A stretch of DNA of 64,000 nucleotides from a virus, in IMG/VR virus record IMGVR_UViG_3300037418_004082; one strand, given 5' to 3'. Positions 9,337-17,172 of the stretch are shown piece by piece. Under the pieces are notes generated by a model. It was given only the letters and a program-made list of their open reading frames with translations, had not been told where the DNA came from and ran no database searches. How positions within the stretch are numbered: position 1 is the stretch's first letter; every line of letters begins with the position of its first letter. Both the position numbers and the translations under genes were made by a program.

Positions 9337-10944
9337 GTGCGCGAAGTCCTTCAAGCCATCCACCAGCAGGAGCAGCTCGGGGCACCACCCGGCGCCTACA
9401 CCGGACGCGTCGGTCGGACGGGCGGGGCCAAGGGGGTCCCCGACCGTTGGGTCGTGCTGCAGGACGTCCGGGCGGCGGATGGTCAGCCCGTCACCGATCA
9501 CGTCTGGTTCCCGGCCACGCACGAGTTCGCGCCTTACGCCCACGGCGAGCGGGTGCGCTTCGTCGCCAAGGTCAACCCCTACTTCAAGGGGCCCAGCCAC
9601 GCCCGCGAGCTGGACTACGCGTTCAGCCGACCCAAGGAGGTCATGAAAGCCGCCATGCTGCAATCTGGAGAGCCCGGCTACGCCCGTCTGTTCGCCGCGC
9701 GCTTGCGCAACCGCCTGGGCCAGGGCGACGCCTCGACGTGGGCGATCGAGCAGGAGTATAAGGCGGCCATGGAGATGAACCCCGACGCCCAGCGCAAGCT
9801 CAACGCCCTGGAAGGCTCCGAAGGCGGGTGCTTCGCCGACGGGGTGATGGAGGCGGCCAAGGAGCTGGCACGCGCGGCCGGTCGCGACCTCGTGCTACCG
9901 GAGGACGTGGTGGCGGCCGTCCGTCAGACGCCCAAGGAGGCCAGCCTGTACCGGGCCAAGATCCTCGCCAACCAGGCACTCGCACCGCACGAGATGGATG
10001 GCTTCCACGCGTTGCTGGACCGCTTCACGCGCCTCAAGGCCCGCCAGCAAGGCTTCGGTCCCGACACCCTGATCGAGGGCGGCTACGCGCACAACCCGGC
10101 GTCGAAGTCGAACTTCGTGGGCTTCAACGTGAGCCACGGCGAGCAGGCAGAGCGCGGCGGTGGCCGCTTCACGGTGCAGCACCACGTGGGCGACCCGACC
10201 GAAGGTGTGACCGACTGGCTCGCGACGGCGGAGGCCCACCGTGGGCAAGGCCAAGCCAAGCGCACGGCCGCGCTGATGGACGACGTGATGGCCGCCATGG
10301 GAGCGCGTCGCCTGGTCAGCCGACCGCAGCACCCGGCCGTCGCCAAGTACCGGGCCCAGATGGGCTACAAGCCGGGCGGCAACCCGTTCATGGGCGAGGC
10401 GGAGAAGTACGTGCCGGACACCCCGGCCGTGGCCCGGGACCGGGCGCGCTTCAAGGAGGCCGCGGAGAAGGCGCCGACGCGTGACGACTGGAAGACCCGG
10501 CCGGGCGTGCGCGCCATGGTCACTGACAGCGACGGCAAGGTGCTCCTGCTGCGTCGCCCCGACGACGAGGAGTTCCACCCCGGCACGTGGAACCTGCCGG
10601 GCGGGGCCAAGGAGGACGACGAGACCTTCCTGAACGGCGCGCTGCGCGAGCTGAAGGAGGAGACCAACCTCGACGCCTACCCGACCAGCCAGGCCCACGA
10701 GTTCAAGTTCCCGGGCGGCATGGGCAAGGCGTTCATGATGAGCCTGCGGGACGGCGCCAAGCTGAAGCTGGATCCGCGCGAGGTGGACGAGGCCGGCTGG
10801 TTCTACCCGGACCACCTGCCCAAGAAGCTCTTCCCGCAGACCGCGAGCACCGTCAAGGCGCTCTTGAAGTTGCAGGCTTCCCGCGAGAAGTCTGCCGGTT
10901 TCCGCCCGTACGAGGTGTACCTGGGCACGTACTTCCACGAGTAG
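9337..10944 (+). CDS. Multidomain protein: OB-like N-terminal domain, histone-fold-like segment, GNAT-like domain, Nudix hydrolase
   Basis: Nudix box GGAKEDDETFLNGALRELKEETNL; GNAT motif A HRGQGQA with ...AKYRAQMGY; LARAAGRDLVLPEDVVAAVR; TDHVWF...RVRFVAKVNPY...DYAFSRP. Confidence 0.8.
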   Translation: MREVLQAIHQQEQLGAPPGAYTGRVGRTGGAKGVPDRWVVLQDVRAADGQPVTDHVWFPATHEFAPYAHGERVRFVAKVNPYFKGPSHARELDYAFSRPKEVMKAAMLQSGEPGYARLFAARLRNRLGQGDASTWAIEQEYKAAMEMNPDAQRKLNALEGSEGGCFADGVMEAAKELARAAGRDLVLPEDVVAAVRQTPKEASLYRAKILANQALAPHEMDGFHALLDRFTRLKARQQGFGPDTLIEGGYAHNPASKSNFVGFNVSHGEQAERGGGRFTVQHHVGDPTEGVTDWLATAEAHRGQGQAKRTAALMDDVMAAMGARRLVSRPQHPAVAKYRAQMGYKPGGNPFMGEAEKYVPDTPAVARDRARFKEAAEKAPTRDDWKTRPGVRAMVTDSDGKVLLLRRPDDEEFHPGTWNLPGGAKEDDETFLNGALRELKEETNLDAYPTSQAHEFKFPGGMGKAFMMSLRDGAKLKLDPREVDEAGWFYPDHLPKKLFPQTASTVKALLKLQASREKSAGFRPYEVYLGTYFHE

Positions 10945-10950
10945 GTTCGT

Positions 10951-11628
10951 ATGTCCCAGGTTAGCCGCTGGTCAGCGCGTCGTGACGACATCGTTCATCT
11001 CTTGAAGAACGGCATGTCGATCGCGGAGCTGGCCGAAACATACGGTGTTAAACCCAAGCACATGCGACGCGTGTTGCTACGAATGCACATCGACGCGTGC
11101 TGGCTGCGTAACAAGTATTGGGCCAATGTGCGTAATCTGCGAGCATTGATGGAGTCTGGTTACAGCCGTACGCAGATTGCACACCTGTACCACGTGGACG
11201 AGAACCTGGTCGAGAAGTACCTCAAGTTCCACGACCTGGATCCGCGTGATCCCGTGACCAGGTTCAAGGCCAAGTTGGCGGTTCGGGAGAACGGCTGCAT
11301 CGAGTGGACCGGGTACGTCGAGAAGGCGTCCGGCTACGGCGTGTTCACGTACAAGACGGGAACGCGTGATTATTTCTATGCGCACCGCTTCAGCTTCGTG
11401 CTGCAGCGCGGGGACATCCCGGCGGGGATGACGCTCGACCACACCTGCGTCAACAAGCGGTGCGTGAACCCGGACCACCTGGAGGTGGTGACCGCCTCGG
11501 AGAACAGCAAGCGCATGCACGCCCGCCGGAACATGCTCTGCGAGATCGCCAAGCGGCTCCTGCAGTCGGAGTACCCCTTCGTAGACCGGATCGCCCTGTT
11601 GGACCCCCTCACCCCCGGAGGTAGCTAA
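10951..11628 (+). CDS. HNH homing-type endonuclease with two N-terminal HTH-like repeats
   Basis: CIEWTG...GYG...AHR...LDHTCVNKRCVNPDHLEVVTASEN; SIAELAETYGV and SRTQIAHLYHV repeats. Confidence 0.9.
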   Translation: MSQVSRWSARRDDIVHLLKNGMSIAELAETYGVKPKHMRRVLLRMHIDACWLRNKYWANVRNLRALMESGYSRTQIAHLYHVDENLVEKYLKFHDLDPRDPVTRFKAKLAVRENGCIEWTGYVEKASGYGVFTYKTGTRDYFYAHRFSFVLQRGDIPAGMTLDHTCVNKRCVNPDHLEVVTASENSKRMHARRNMLCEIAKRLLQSEYPFVDRIALLDPLTPGGS

Positions 11629-11629
11629 A

Positions 11630-11953
11630 ATGCGCCCTGCAATCGTCTATCTATTGTTGAAGGAAGCCTCCGATCAGGCCCCCGTCGCTCCCCCGCCGCT
11701 CGACCTGATGGTCGTCGGCTCCGACGTGAAGGGCCACCTGGCGGCCCGGTCCAAGGGCTACGTCCCGCTCGTCCTGCTGGGCGAGGAAGGCCAGGAACCG
11801 ACGCACCTGGTCTACACCCACCGCCGGGGGTACAACGCCGCCGTGCACGCCCTGCACGCGGACCGGTCGTCCTTCATGGCGCACGCCCGCGGGCTGCTGG
11901 CGCCGCCCACCCCCACCCCTGGGGGTAACCCCTTCTTGCCGGCGCAGGCGTAA
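11630..11953 (+). CDS. Hypothetical protein with an N-terminal KEA motif
   Basis: 107 aa, last gene before the terminator. Confidence 0.7.
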   Translation: MRPAIVYLLLKEASDQAPVAPPPLDLMVVGSDVKGHLAARSKGYVPLVLLGEEGQEPTHLVYTHRRGYNAAVHALHADRSSFMAHARGLLAPPTPTPGGNPFLPAQA

Positions 11954-11983
11954 GCCCGCTCCCACAGACCCTATAAAGCTCCC

Positions 11984-12013
11984 GGCCACCCCCACCCCTG
12001 GGGGTGGCCTTTT
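11984..12013 (+). terminator. Rho-independent terminator closing the baseplate operon
   Basis: GGCCACCCCCA-cccc-TGGGGGTGGCC, 11 bp stem followed by TTTT. Confidence 0.85.
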
Positions 12014-12095
12014 AATGCCTAAAAACAGGCTCGAAAACCCCTATCTATAGTTGTATCCCACATTTACGCCCGGTCTGCCGGGCAAGGAGGTCACT

Positions 12096-12335
12096 ATGAC
12101 GAGCACGTCCCTCGCCCAGACGAAGGTCTTGGGCTTCTCCTGCTCGAACGACCGCCAGGTGCTCTTGGCTCACGGCCGGGTCCTCAAGACGGCCCTCGAC
12201 GCGGTGGTCGCCAAGCACGGCGCGTTCACGGCCGTCGGCAACACGCTCAACGACGCCTTCATGGACGTCGTCCGCCAGTTGCGCGCGATGGACGGCTTGC
12301 AGCCGGGCCAGGTGCACAACTTCTTCCCGGACTAG
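12096..12335 (+). CDS. Hypothetical early protein
   Basis: SD AAGGAGG after a hairpin; 79 aa. Confidence 0.8.
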   Translation: MTSTSLAQTKVLGFSCSNDRQVLLAHGRVLKTALDAVVAKHGAFTAVGNTLNDAFMDVVRQLRAMDGLQPGQVHNFFPD

Positions 12336-12356
12336 GTCACCCTAACCCGCGGTTGT

Positions 12357-12385
12357 TTGCTTACAACCGCGGGTCGCGCTATAGT
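12357..12385 (+). promoter_or_regulatory. sigma70-type promoter whose -35 lies inside a 12 bp inverted repeat
   Basis: TTGCTT-17 nt-TATAGT; inverted repeat arms at 12345-12356 and 12363-12374. Confidence 0.7.
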
Positions 12386-12455
12386 GGAGCTGGCACCTCG
12401 AACTGCCCGTCCAGCGTGACGTTAAACGGCCGGTCTGCCGGCCAGGAGTTACATC

Positions 12456-12647
12456 GTGCACACCAAGCGCACCACCTCGTTCTCCGCCATCGGGGTCGAG
12501 TACGTCAACCACACCTACATGGGCGAGCACTACTGCGGGCACAACATCCGCCCGGTGGAAGACGGCGTCGCCGTCCGTATGGGCTACCCGCGCAAGGGCA
12601 AGTACGCCGGCTTCCGGCTGGCGATGCCCATGCGGAAGTCGGCGTAG
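12456..12647 (+). CDS. Hypothetical early protein
   Basis: SD AGGAG after a hairpin; 63 aa. Confidence 0.75.
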   Translation: MHTKRTTSFSAIGVEYVNHTYMGEHYCGHNIRPVEDGVAVRMGYPRKGKYAGFRLAMPMRKSA

Positions 12648-12659
12648 GAGGTGCCGACG

Positions 12660-13403
12660 ATGCGAGCGCCCACCCCGCAAGACCCGCTGGGGCCCGTGAA
12701 GCCTCTTCCTGCCCCCGCACACACCGTGGGAACGGTCGTGGACGTGCGAACCGTCATGGACGCGTACACGCGCCGTACGATCGTGCGCGACCTTATTCGG
12801 TACTGGTCGTCGGCCGGTGGTCGCGGTAAGCTCCGTGGCGGCCGTGGTAAAGAGTTGGTCCGTAACGCTCTATGGGTGGTCGATCACGCCACCGAAGCCA
12901 CCGTGGTCGGTGTGGCGCCCGTCTTCAACGCGACCATTGGCAACGCGGTCAACGAGTGCTACGTCGCCGGTGTACAAGGCGCGTCGTCACCTCTTGATTA
13001 TCGCTACTACATGTTGTTCAAGGCCACACGTGATGGCAACCATCTGGCCTACATCCACACAACACCTATCTTCCGTATTCACCCGTGGTATGGTCGTACA
13101 CCATCGAATTGGTCGTATCACTTCGCACGTGCATTGTACGACAAGCACGAGAAGAACATCGAGAAAGAGGTCACGTCACGTATTGTAGACCGTATGCTGG
13201 AAGATGCACGCGGTATGCAAGGGCCTGACCACCTCTCCGAAACCGAAAAGCTCGCGAAGCTGTACAAGATCAATTGGTTCCGCCCTACGACGCGAGACGA
13301 GGAGATCGCGTTCATCAACGCTATGTACGCTTGGTTGGAAACTCGCGGTCTCTTGCCCACGGACGAGCAAGAGCAACACGACAAGGAGTCCTTCGAATGC
13401 TAG
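12660..13403 (+). CDS. Hypothetical protein with lower-GC codon usage
   Basis: SD GGAGG; ATG 12660. Confidence 0.75.
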   Translation: MRAPTPQDPLGPVKPLPAPAHTVGTVVDVRTVMDAYTRRTIVRDLIRYWSSAGGRGKLRGGRGKELVRNALWVVDHATEATVVGVAPVFNATIGNAVNECYVAGVQGASSPLDYRYYMLFKATRDGNHLAYIHTTPIFRIHPWYGRTPSNWSYHFARALYDKHEKNIEKEVTSRIVDRMLEDARGMQGPDHLSETEKLAKLYKINWFRPTTRDEEIAFINAMYAWLETRGLLPTDEQEQHDKESFEC

Positions 13404-13735
13404 ACCTCGACGCTTGCAACCACTACCTCGCCGGCAAGATCGGCAACCCGGCCGTCTGGGAGAACCTCCGCAAGGCCCTGGAGGCCGCCCAGACGGAGCT
13501 GGACGACCTCACCAAGCTCCACCCCCACGGCTTCATCGTGCGGCCGGCGCCCCCGGCCAGCTCGTCCGAAGCGTGGGACCTCAAGAACCGCGCCGGCCAG
13601 TGGGTCGTCGAGACCCAGGCCAGCCTGTTCGGGTACTACCCGTCCCAGGACGCCGCGATGGTCGCGGCAAGCCAATCGGAAACCCTGTGTCCGCACAAGG
13701 TGAAACGCCTGCACTGCCGCACGTGTGGGCGCTAA
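13397..13735 (+). CDS. Hypothetical protein with a C-terminal C-x-H...C-x-x-C zinc motif
   Basis: SD AAGGAG; LCPHKVKRLHCRTCG. Confidence 0.75.
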   Translation: MLDLDACNHYLAGKIGNPAVWENLRKALEAAQTELDDLTKLHPHGFIVRPAPPASSSEAWDLKNRAGQWVVETQASLFGYYPSQDAAMVAASQSETLCPHKVKRLHCRTCGR

Positions 13736-13746
13736 AAGGAGCACCC

Positions 13747-14100
13747 ATGGAACTCGAAGTTCAGACCATCACCCTGGAGTCCTCGCCCATACTGACGCAA
13801 CTGGGCGTGACCAACAACGTGCTTCACGACATCGCCAAGCCCATCTTGCTGAAGCGTGGCGTGGAGTTCAACGAACGTGGCGTCAGCATCGGCATCATCG
13901 ACGGCCTGACGCGCCAGTACCTCACGCGAAGCGGTCGCTTCGTCGAGATCACCTCCGACGGTACAGCCACGTATGTTGACGATAGTCGCGTCCAAATTGA
14001 CGCGGTTCGCGTCGGCATCAAGCTGGCCCTCGACAACGCCATCGACTCGCGCGAAACGACGCTGCGCAAGTTGAAGCGTGTTCGCAAGTCCGTCACTTAA
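13747..14100 (+). CDS. Hypothetical protein
   Basis: SD AAGGAG; MELEVQT start. Confidence 0.8.
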   Translation: MELEVQTITLESSPILTQLGVTNNVLHDIAKPILLKRGVEFNERGVSIGIIDGLTRQYLTRSGRFVEITSDGTATYVDDSRVQIDAVRVGIKLALDNAIDSRETTLRKLKRVRKSVT

Positions 14101-14151
14101 CTCGTTTCGCATTTCTGATAGCCCCACACGTGGGGAAGGAGCATTCACACA

Positions 14152-14589
14152 ATGACCAAGTCGAATCTCTCGAAGGAAGCCGTGTTCGTCGCCATCGCCC
14201 AGGCGGGGCTGTTGAACGTCAACGACAACCCGACGCCCACCAAGTTCCTGGAGCTGTACGAGAACTTCGCGGAGCACTGCCGTGGTGGCAAGGCCCCGGT
14301 GACCTTCTGGGAGGCCCTCGTCATCGAGCCGACCACCACACAGGCCCTGTGCGACTGGACGGAAGAGTCGTTCGCGGAGTGGGGCCTCGTCGTACTGATG
14401 TGCGACGTCGCCATCCGCGCGTGCGGCCTGCGCGACAAGACGGTCCTCATGCTGGAGCTGCTCTCCGGCCATCCCCTGGTCTACAACAACCCCGTTATCT
14501 GCACGCTGTTCGCCGCCCTCGCGGAAGCGTACGACGTGCGCATCGTCCCCCGGGTGTACGCCAAGGGCGTCGCCCATCTGGCCGCGTAG
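14152..14589 (+). CDS. Hypothetical protein
   Basis: SD AAGGAG after a hairpin. Confidence 0.8.
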   Translation: MTKSNLSKEAVFVAIAQAGLLNVNDNPTPTKFLELYENFAEHCRGGKAPVTFWEALVIEPTTTQALCDWTEESFAEWGLVVLMCDVAIRACGLRDKTVLMLELLSGHPLVYNNPVICTLFAALAEAYDVRIVPRVYAKGVAHLAA

Positions 14590-14608
14590 CGGCAGGAGGT
14601 CCTTCACC

Positions 14609-15121
14609 ATGACCCAAGTGAAAGAACTGAAGAAGGCCATCAAGGCCAAGCTCGGTCCCATCTTCGCGACCATCGAGCCGGAGGTCGAGCGCCTCTGCGA
14701 GCTGGCCGACAAGCCCATCCCGGAGCCGTTCGACGGCAACGAGTTCGCGGAGCAGATGCGCGAGTTGCTGTTCACGCTGCCCGGCGTGAAGCGCCCGCGT
14801 GGCCCGCGGCCGGCGGAGCTGCGCGCCCAAGGCAAGCTGCCCGCGGCCACCGACGACAAGAAGGCGGCCAAGCAGCGGCAGGAGGCCGGCATCGGCGTGG
14901 AAGCCCAGACCCAGGATCAGGTGAACCAGGCCGTCATGTCCGGGCCGGGCTTCCGGGCCCAGGAGGTGGCCCCGGCTCCGGCCGACACCAAAAGCGAGAA
15001 GGCGTCGAAAGCCCAAGGCGGGTCCTCGCGTGGCAAGACCGGGCTGGAGTTCACGCCTGAAGTCGCTTCTGCCCTGGCAAAGAGAACCACGGCCGGAGCT
15101 GGTAAGGGCGGTCGGAAGTAG
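14609..15121 (+). CDS. Hypothetical protein with a low-complexity basic C-terminus
   Basis: SD AGGAGG. Confidence 0.8.
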   Translation: MTQVKELKKAIKAKLGPIFATIEPEVERLCELADKPIPEPFDGNEFAEQMRELLFTLPGVKRPRGPRPAELRAQGKLPAATDDKKAAKQRQEAGIGVEAQTQDQVNQAVMSGPGFRAQEVAPAPADTKSEKASKAQGGSSRGKTGLEFTPEVASALAKRTTAGAGKGGRK

Positions 15122-15389
15122 GGAGCGCACGTGCGGAGAATGCAAGAACCTCTGCACGTCGCCCATCGCGCGTGAAGGTCTCAACGGTCACACGGCGGCC
15201 ACCATCGCCCTGACCGACGACGACAAGAGCTGCGCGGAGCTGGGGCAGAAGGCGGCCTTCGTGGCCTGCGCCGCCTTCGATCCCCTTCCCAAGGTCAAGC
15301 AGGCCACACCTTCTAAGGTTGGTACGCCAACCTCATCGCGGTCTTCACGGAGGAAACCGGTTCATGCACATGACCCGCGACGAGGCTAA
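15030..15389 (+). CDS. Cys-rich hypothetical protein; start unresolved
   Basis: Coding-like codons from about 15125 (CGECKNLC...SCAEL...ACAAFDP); the only in-frame start is GTG 15030 inside the upstream gene. Confidence 0.5.
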   Translation: MARPGWSSRLKSLLPWQREPRPELVRAVGSRERTCGECKNLCTSPIAREGLNGHTAATIALTDDDKSCAELGQKAAFVACAAFDPLPKVKQATPSKVGTPTSSRSSRRKPVHAHDPRRG

Positions 15390-15507
15390 AGCTTCATTCG
15401 TCATCGCCACGGTCATCACGAACCTCGTGGTGCACCTGACGTTGGCACTTAATCCCGCGTTGTCCGACGCGTCGTTGTTATCGCAGGGGATCGAACCCCC
15501 GAAGTAA
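15364..15507 (+). CDS. Small membrane peptide
   Basis: SD GGAGG; hydrophobic FVIATVITNLVVHLTLAL. Confidence 0.55.
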   Translation: MHMTRDEAKASFVIATVITNLVVHLTLALNPALSDASLLSQGIEPPK

Positions 15508-15518
15508 AGGAGCCCATT

Positions 15519-15731
15519 GTGCACACGCACTCTCCTAACTGTCACTACAATCCGCGCTACTTCCAGTACATCAAGTCGATGAAAGCCGTGAAGGCTCACT
15601 CGATGATGGTGCGTCATACGTTCGTGCAGTTGACGCCGGGCGTGCTGGTTGACGCGGAGACACACAAACCGGTGGGACCGATGGACAAGGTCGAACTCAC
15701 GCACATCGCGATGCGCATGTCGTACTCGTAG
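15519..15731 (+). CDS. Hypothetical protein
   Basis: SD AAAGGAG; GTG start. Confidence 0.7.
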   Translation: MHTHSPNCHYNPRYFQYIKSMKAVKAHSMMVRHTFVQLTPGVLVDAETHKPVGPMDKVELTHIAMRMSYS

Positions 15732-15739
15732 GCATTGAC

Positions 15740-15889
15740 GTGAGGCCCACCGACAATACCCCTTACGTTCACGACGAGTTCGACTGCTACATCTCCTGCG
15801 AGGAGGTCTACGGCGACTCGCCGCTGGCGTACAACCGTGCCGCGCTAGATGCGGCAGAGGACCAACACGCCCATGCCAAGAACGCCTAA
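15740..15889 (+). CDS. Small acidic hypothetical protein (49 aa, below the track cutoff)
   Basis: Hand translation MRPTDNTPYVHDEFDCYISCEEVYG...; fills an intergenic gap. Confidence 0.55.
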   Translation: MRPTDNTPYVHDEFDCYISCEEVYGDSPLAYNRAALDAAEDQHAHAKNA

Positions 15890-16496
15890 GCCTTGCCGTT
15901 GGCTGGAAAAGAAGAAAGCCAGCTACCAGCGGAAGGGCCACACCGCCAAGGTTGTCACCGTCTGGCGTGACGGGGATGACCACCACGAGCTGTGGATCGA
16001 GCGCCACAAGCTGCAGGGTCCGTTGACGCTGCTTCCGCACGGCAAGCCCTACGGCGCGCCGTACTCGCGGCTCGTACCCACGGGGTTGGACTGGCCGGAC
16101 CTCCGGCAGAAGTTGTCCACGTCGGTGTGGGAACTCGACCCGCACAACCCCGGCGAGGTCTGCCGTCGTGTCGGCCTGGGTAACTGCTGGCCGTCGGGCA
16201 AGCACTACGCGTTCTGGACGTCGAACCAGACCAAGAACGACGTCGCTCGTGACGAGCGGTTCAACGAGACGCTCGATCACGAGGCGGAAGAAAACGGCCT
16301 GGGTATCGAGTGGAACGACGGGTATCCGTACGTGTTCGAGCAAAAGGACGTGAGCGACCTCGTGCCCGGCGACATGGTTGCCTACGGGCACGTCGTATGG
16401 ACGATCGTCCCGGAGTTTTGTGAAGACAACGATCACGACATCACGTCCGATAACTTCATCACGATGTACGCCCAGACGGAGCGGGAGGCCAGTTAA
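15873..16496 (+). CDS. Hypothetical protein
   Basis: ORF 15849..16496 with GAGGA before ATG 15873. Confidence 0.7.
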   Translation: MPRTPKPCRWLEKKKASYQRKGHTAKVVTVWRDGDDHHELWIERHKLQGPLTLLPHGKPYGAPYSRLVPTGLDWPDLRQKLSTSVWELDPHNPGEVCRRVGLGNCWPSGKHYAFWTSNQTKNDVARDERFNETLDHEAEENGLGIEWNDGYPYVFEQKDVSDLVPGDMVAYGHVVWTIVPEFCEDNDHDITSDNFITMYAQTEREAS

Positions 16497-16580
16497 CGGC
16501 TAACCCACCGCGGGCACCACGAGACGTGCCCGCGTGGGCACGTCGTTTGCGTGCGTATGCGCACGAAGGAGGATGACACC

Positions 16581-17120
16581 TTGCCTCGTAAAGCTGCCGC
16601 GGCTGTTGCCGCTCCCGCCCCCGACACCGCCCTCGTGACGGCCGCTGTCACCCTCAAGCACAAGGCGTCGAGCCCTGCCAAGCTGATGCAGAACGTCTTC
16701 AAGACCTACCAGGAGTTGGTCTCCACCAAGCTCGCTCGCAAGCAGCTCCACGACCAGCTCATGGCGACGCCGCCGGGCCAGCAGCTCTCCGCCTACGACA
16801 CCCAGATCCAGGCGCTCACGGAGCAGCTCAAGGGCCTGCTCAAGGACACGCGGGGCGTCGTCGAGACCCCCTTCGGCAAGGTGGGTTACGAGATCCGCCG
16901 CAAGGTCACCTACACGCCCGGCCTGATTCGCAAGCTGCTGCCCGACTTCGCGAAGCAGCTCATCGGCGAGACCGTGGACACCAAAACGGTGGACGCGTTC
17001 GTGAAGGCCGGCATCAAGTCGAAGACCATGGACGAGTCGATCGCGGAGGACCTCGCCAACGAGGCCGACGTGGACGAGACCTCGGCGTGGATCGACAAGC
17101 CGCTCGCCGAAACCAAGTAG
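16581..17120 (+). CDS. Mu Gam/Gp157-like coiled-coil protein, putative DNA-end-binding or nuclease inhibitor
   Basis: SD AAGGAGG, TTG start; coiled coil then VETPFGKVGYEIRRKVTY...ETVDTKTVDAFVKAG. Confidence 0.45.
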   Translation: MPRKAAAAVAAPAPDTALVTAAVTLKHKASSPAKLMQNVFKTYQELVSTKLARKQLHDQLMATPPGQQLSAYDTQIQALTEQLKGLLKDTRGVVETPFGKVGYEIRRKVTYTPGLIRKLLPDFAKQLIGETVDTKTVDAFVKAGIKSKTMDESIAEDLANEADVDETSAWIDKPLAETK

Positions 17121-17132
17121 TTCCCCATCCCC

Positions 17133-17166
17133 GGGAGGCGGTACTGACGCCCGCCGCCTCCCTTTT
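17133..17166 (+). terminator. Terminator-like hairpin within the operon
   Basis: GGGAGGCGG...CCGCCTCCC followed by TTTT. Confidence 0.65.
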
Positions 17167-17172
17167 AGAGGT

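Noticed and set aside
12046-12051. TATAGT upstream of the first early gene
   Set aside because: No matching -35 at 16-18 nt; left uncalled.
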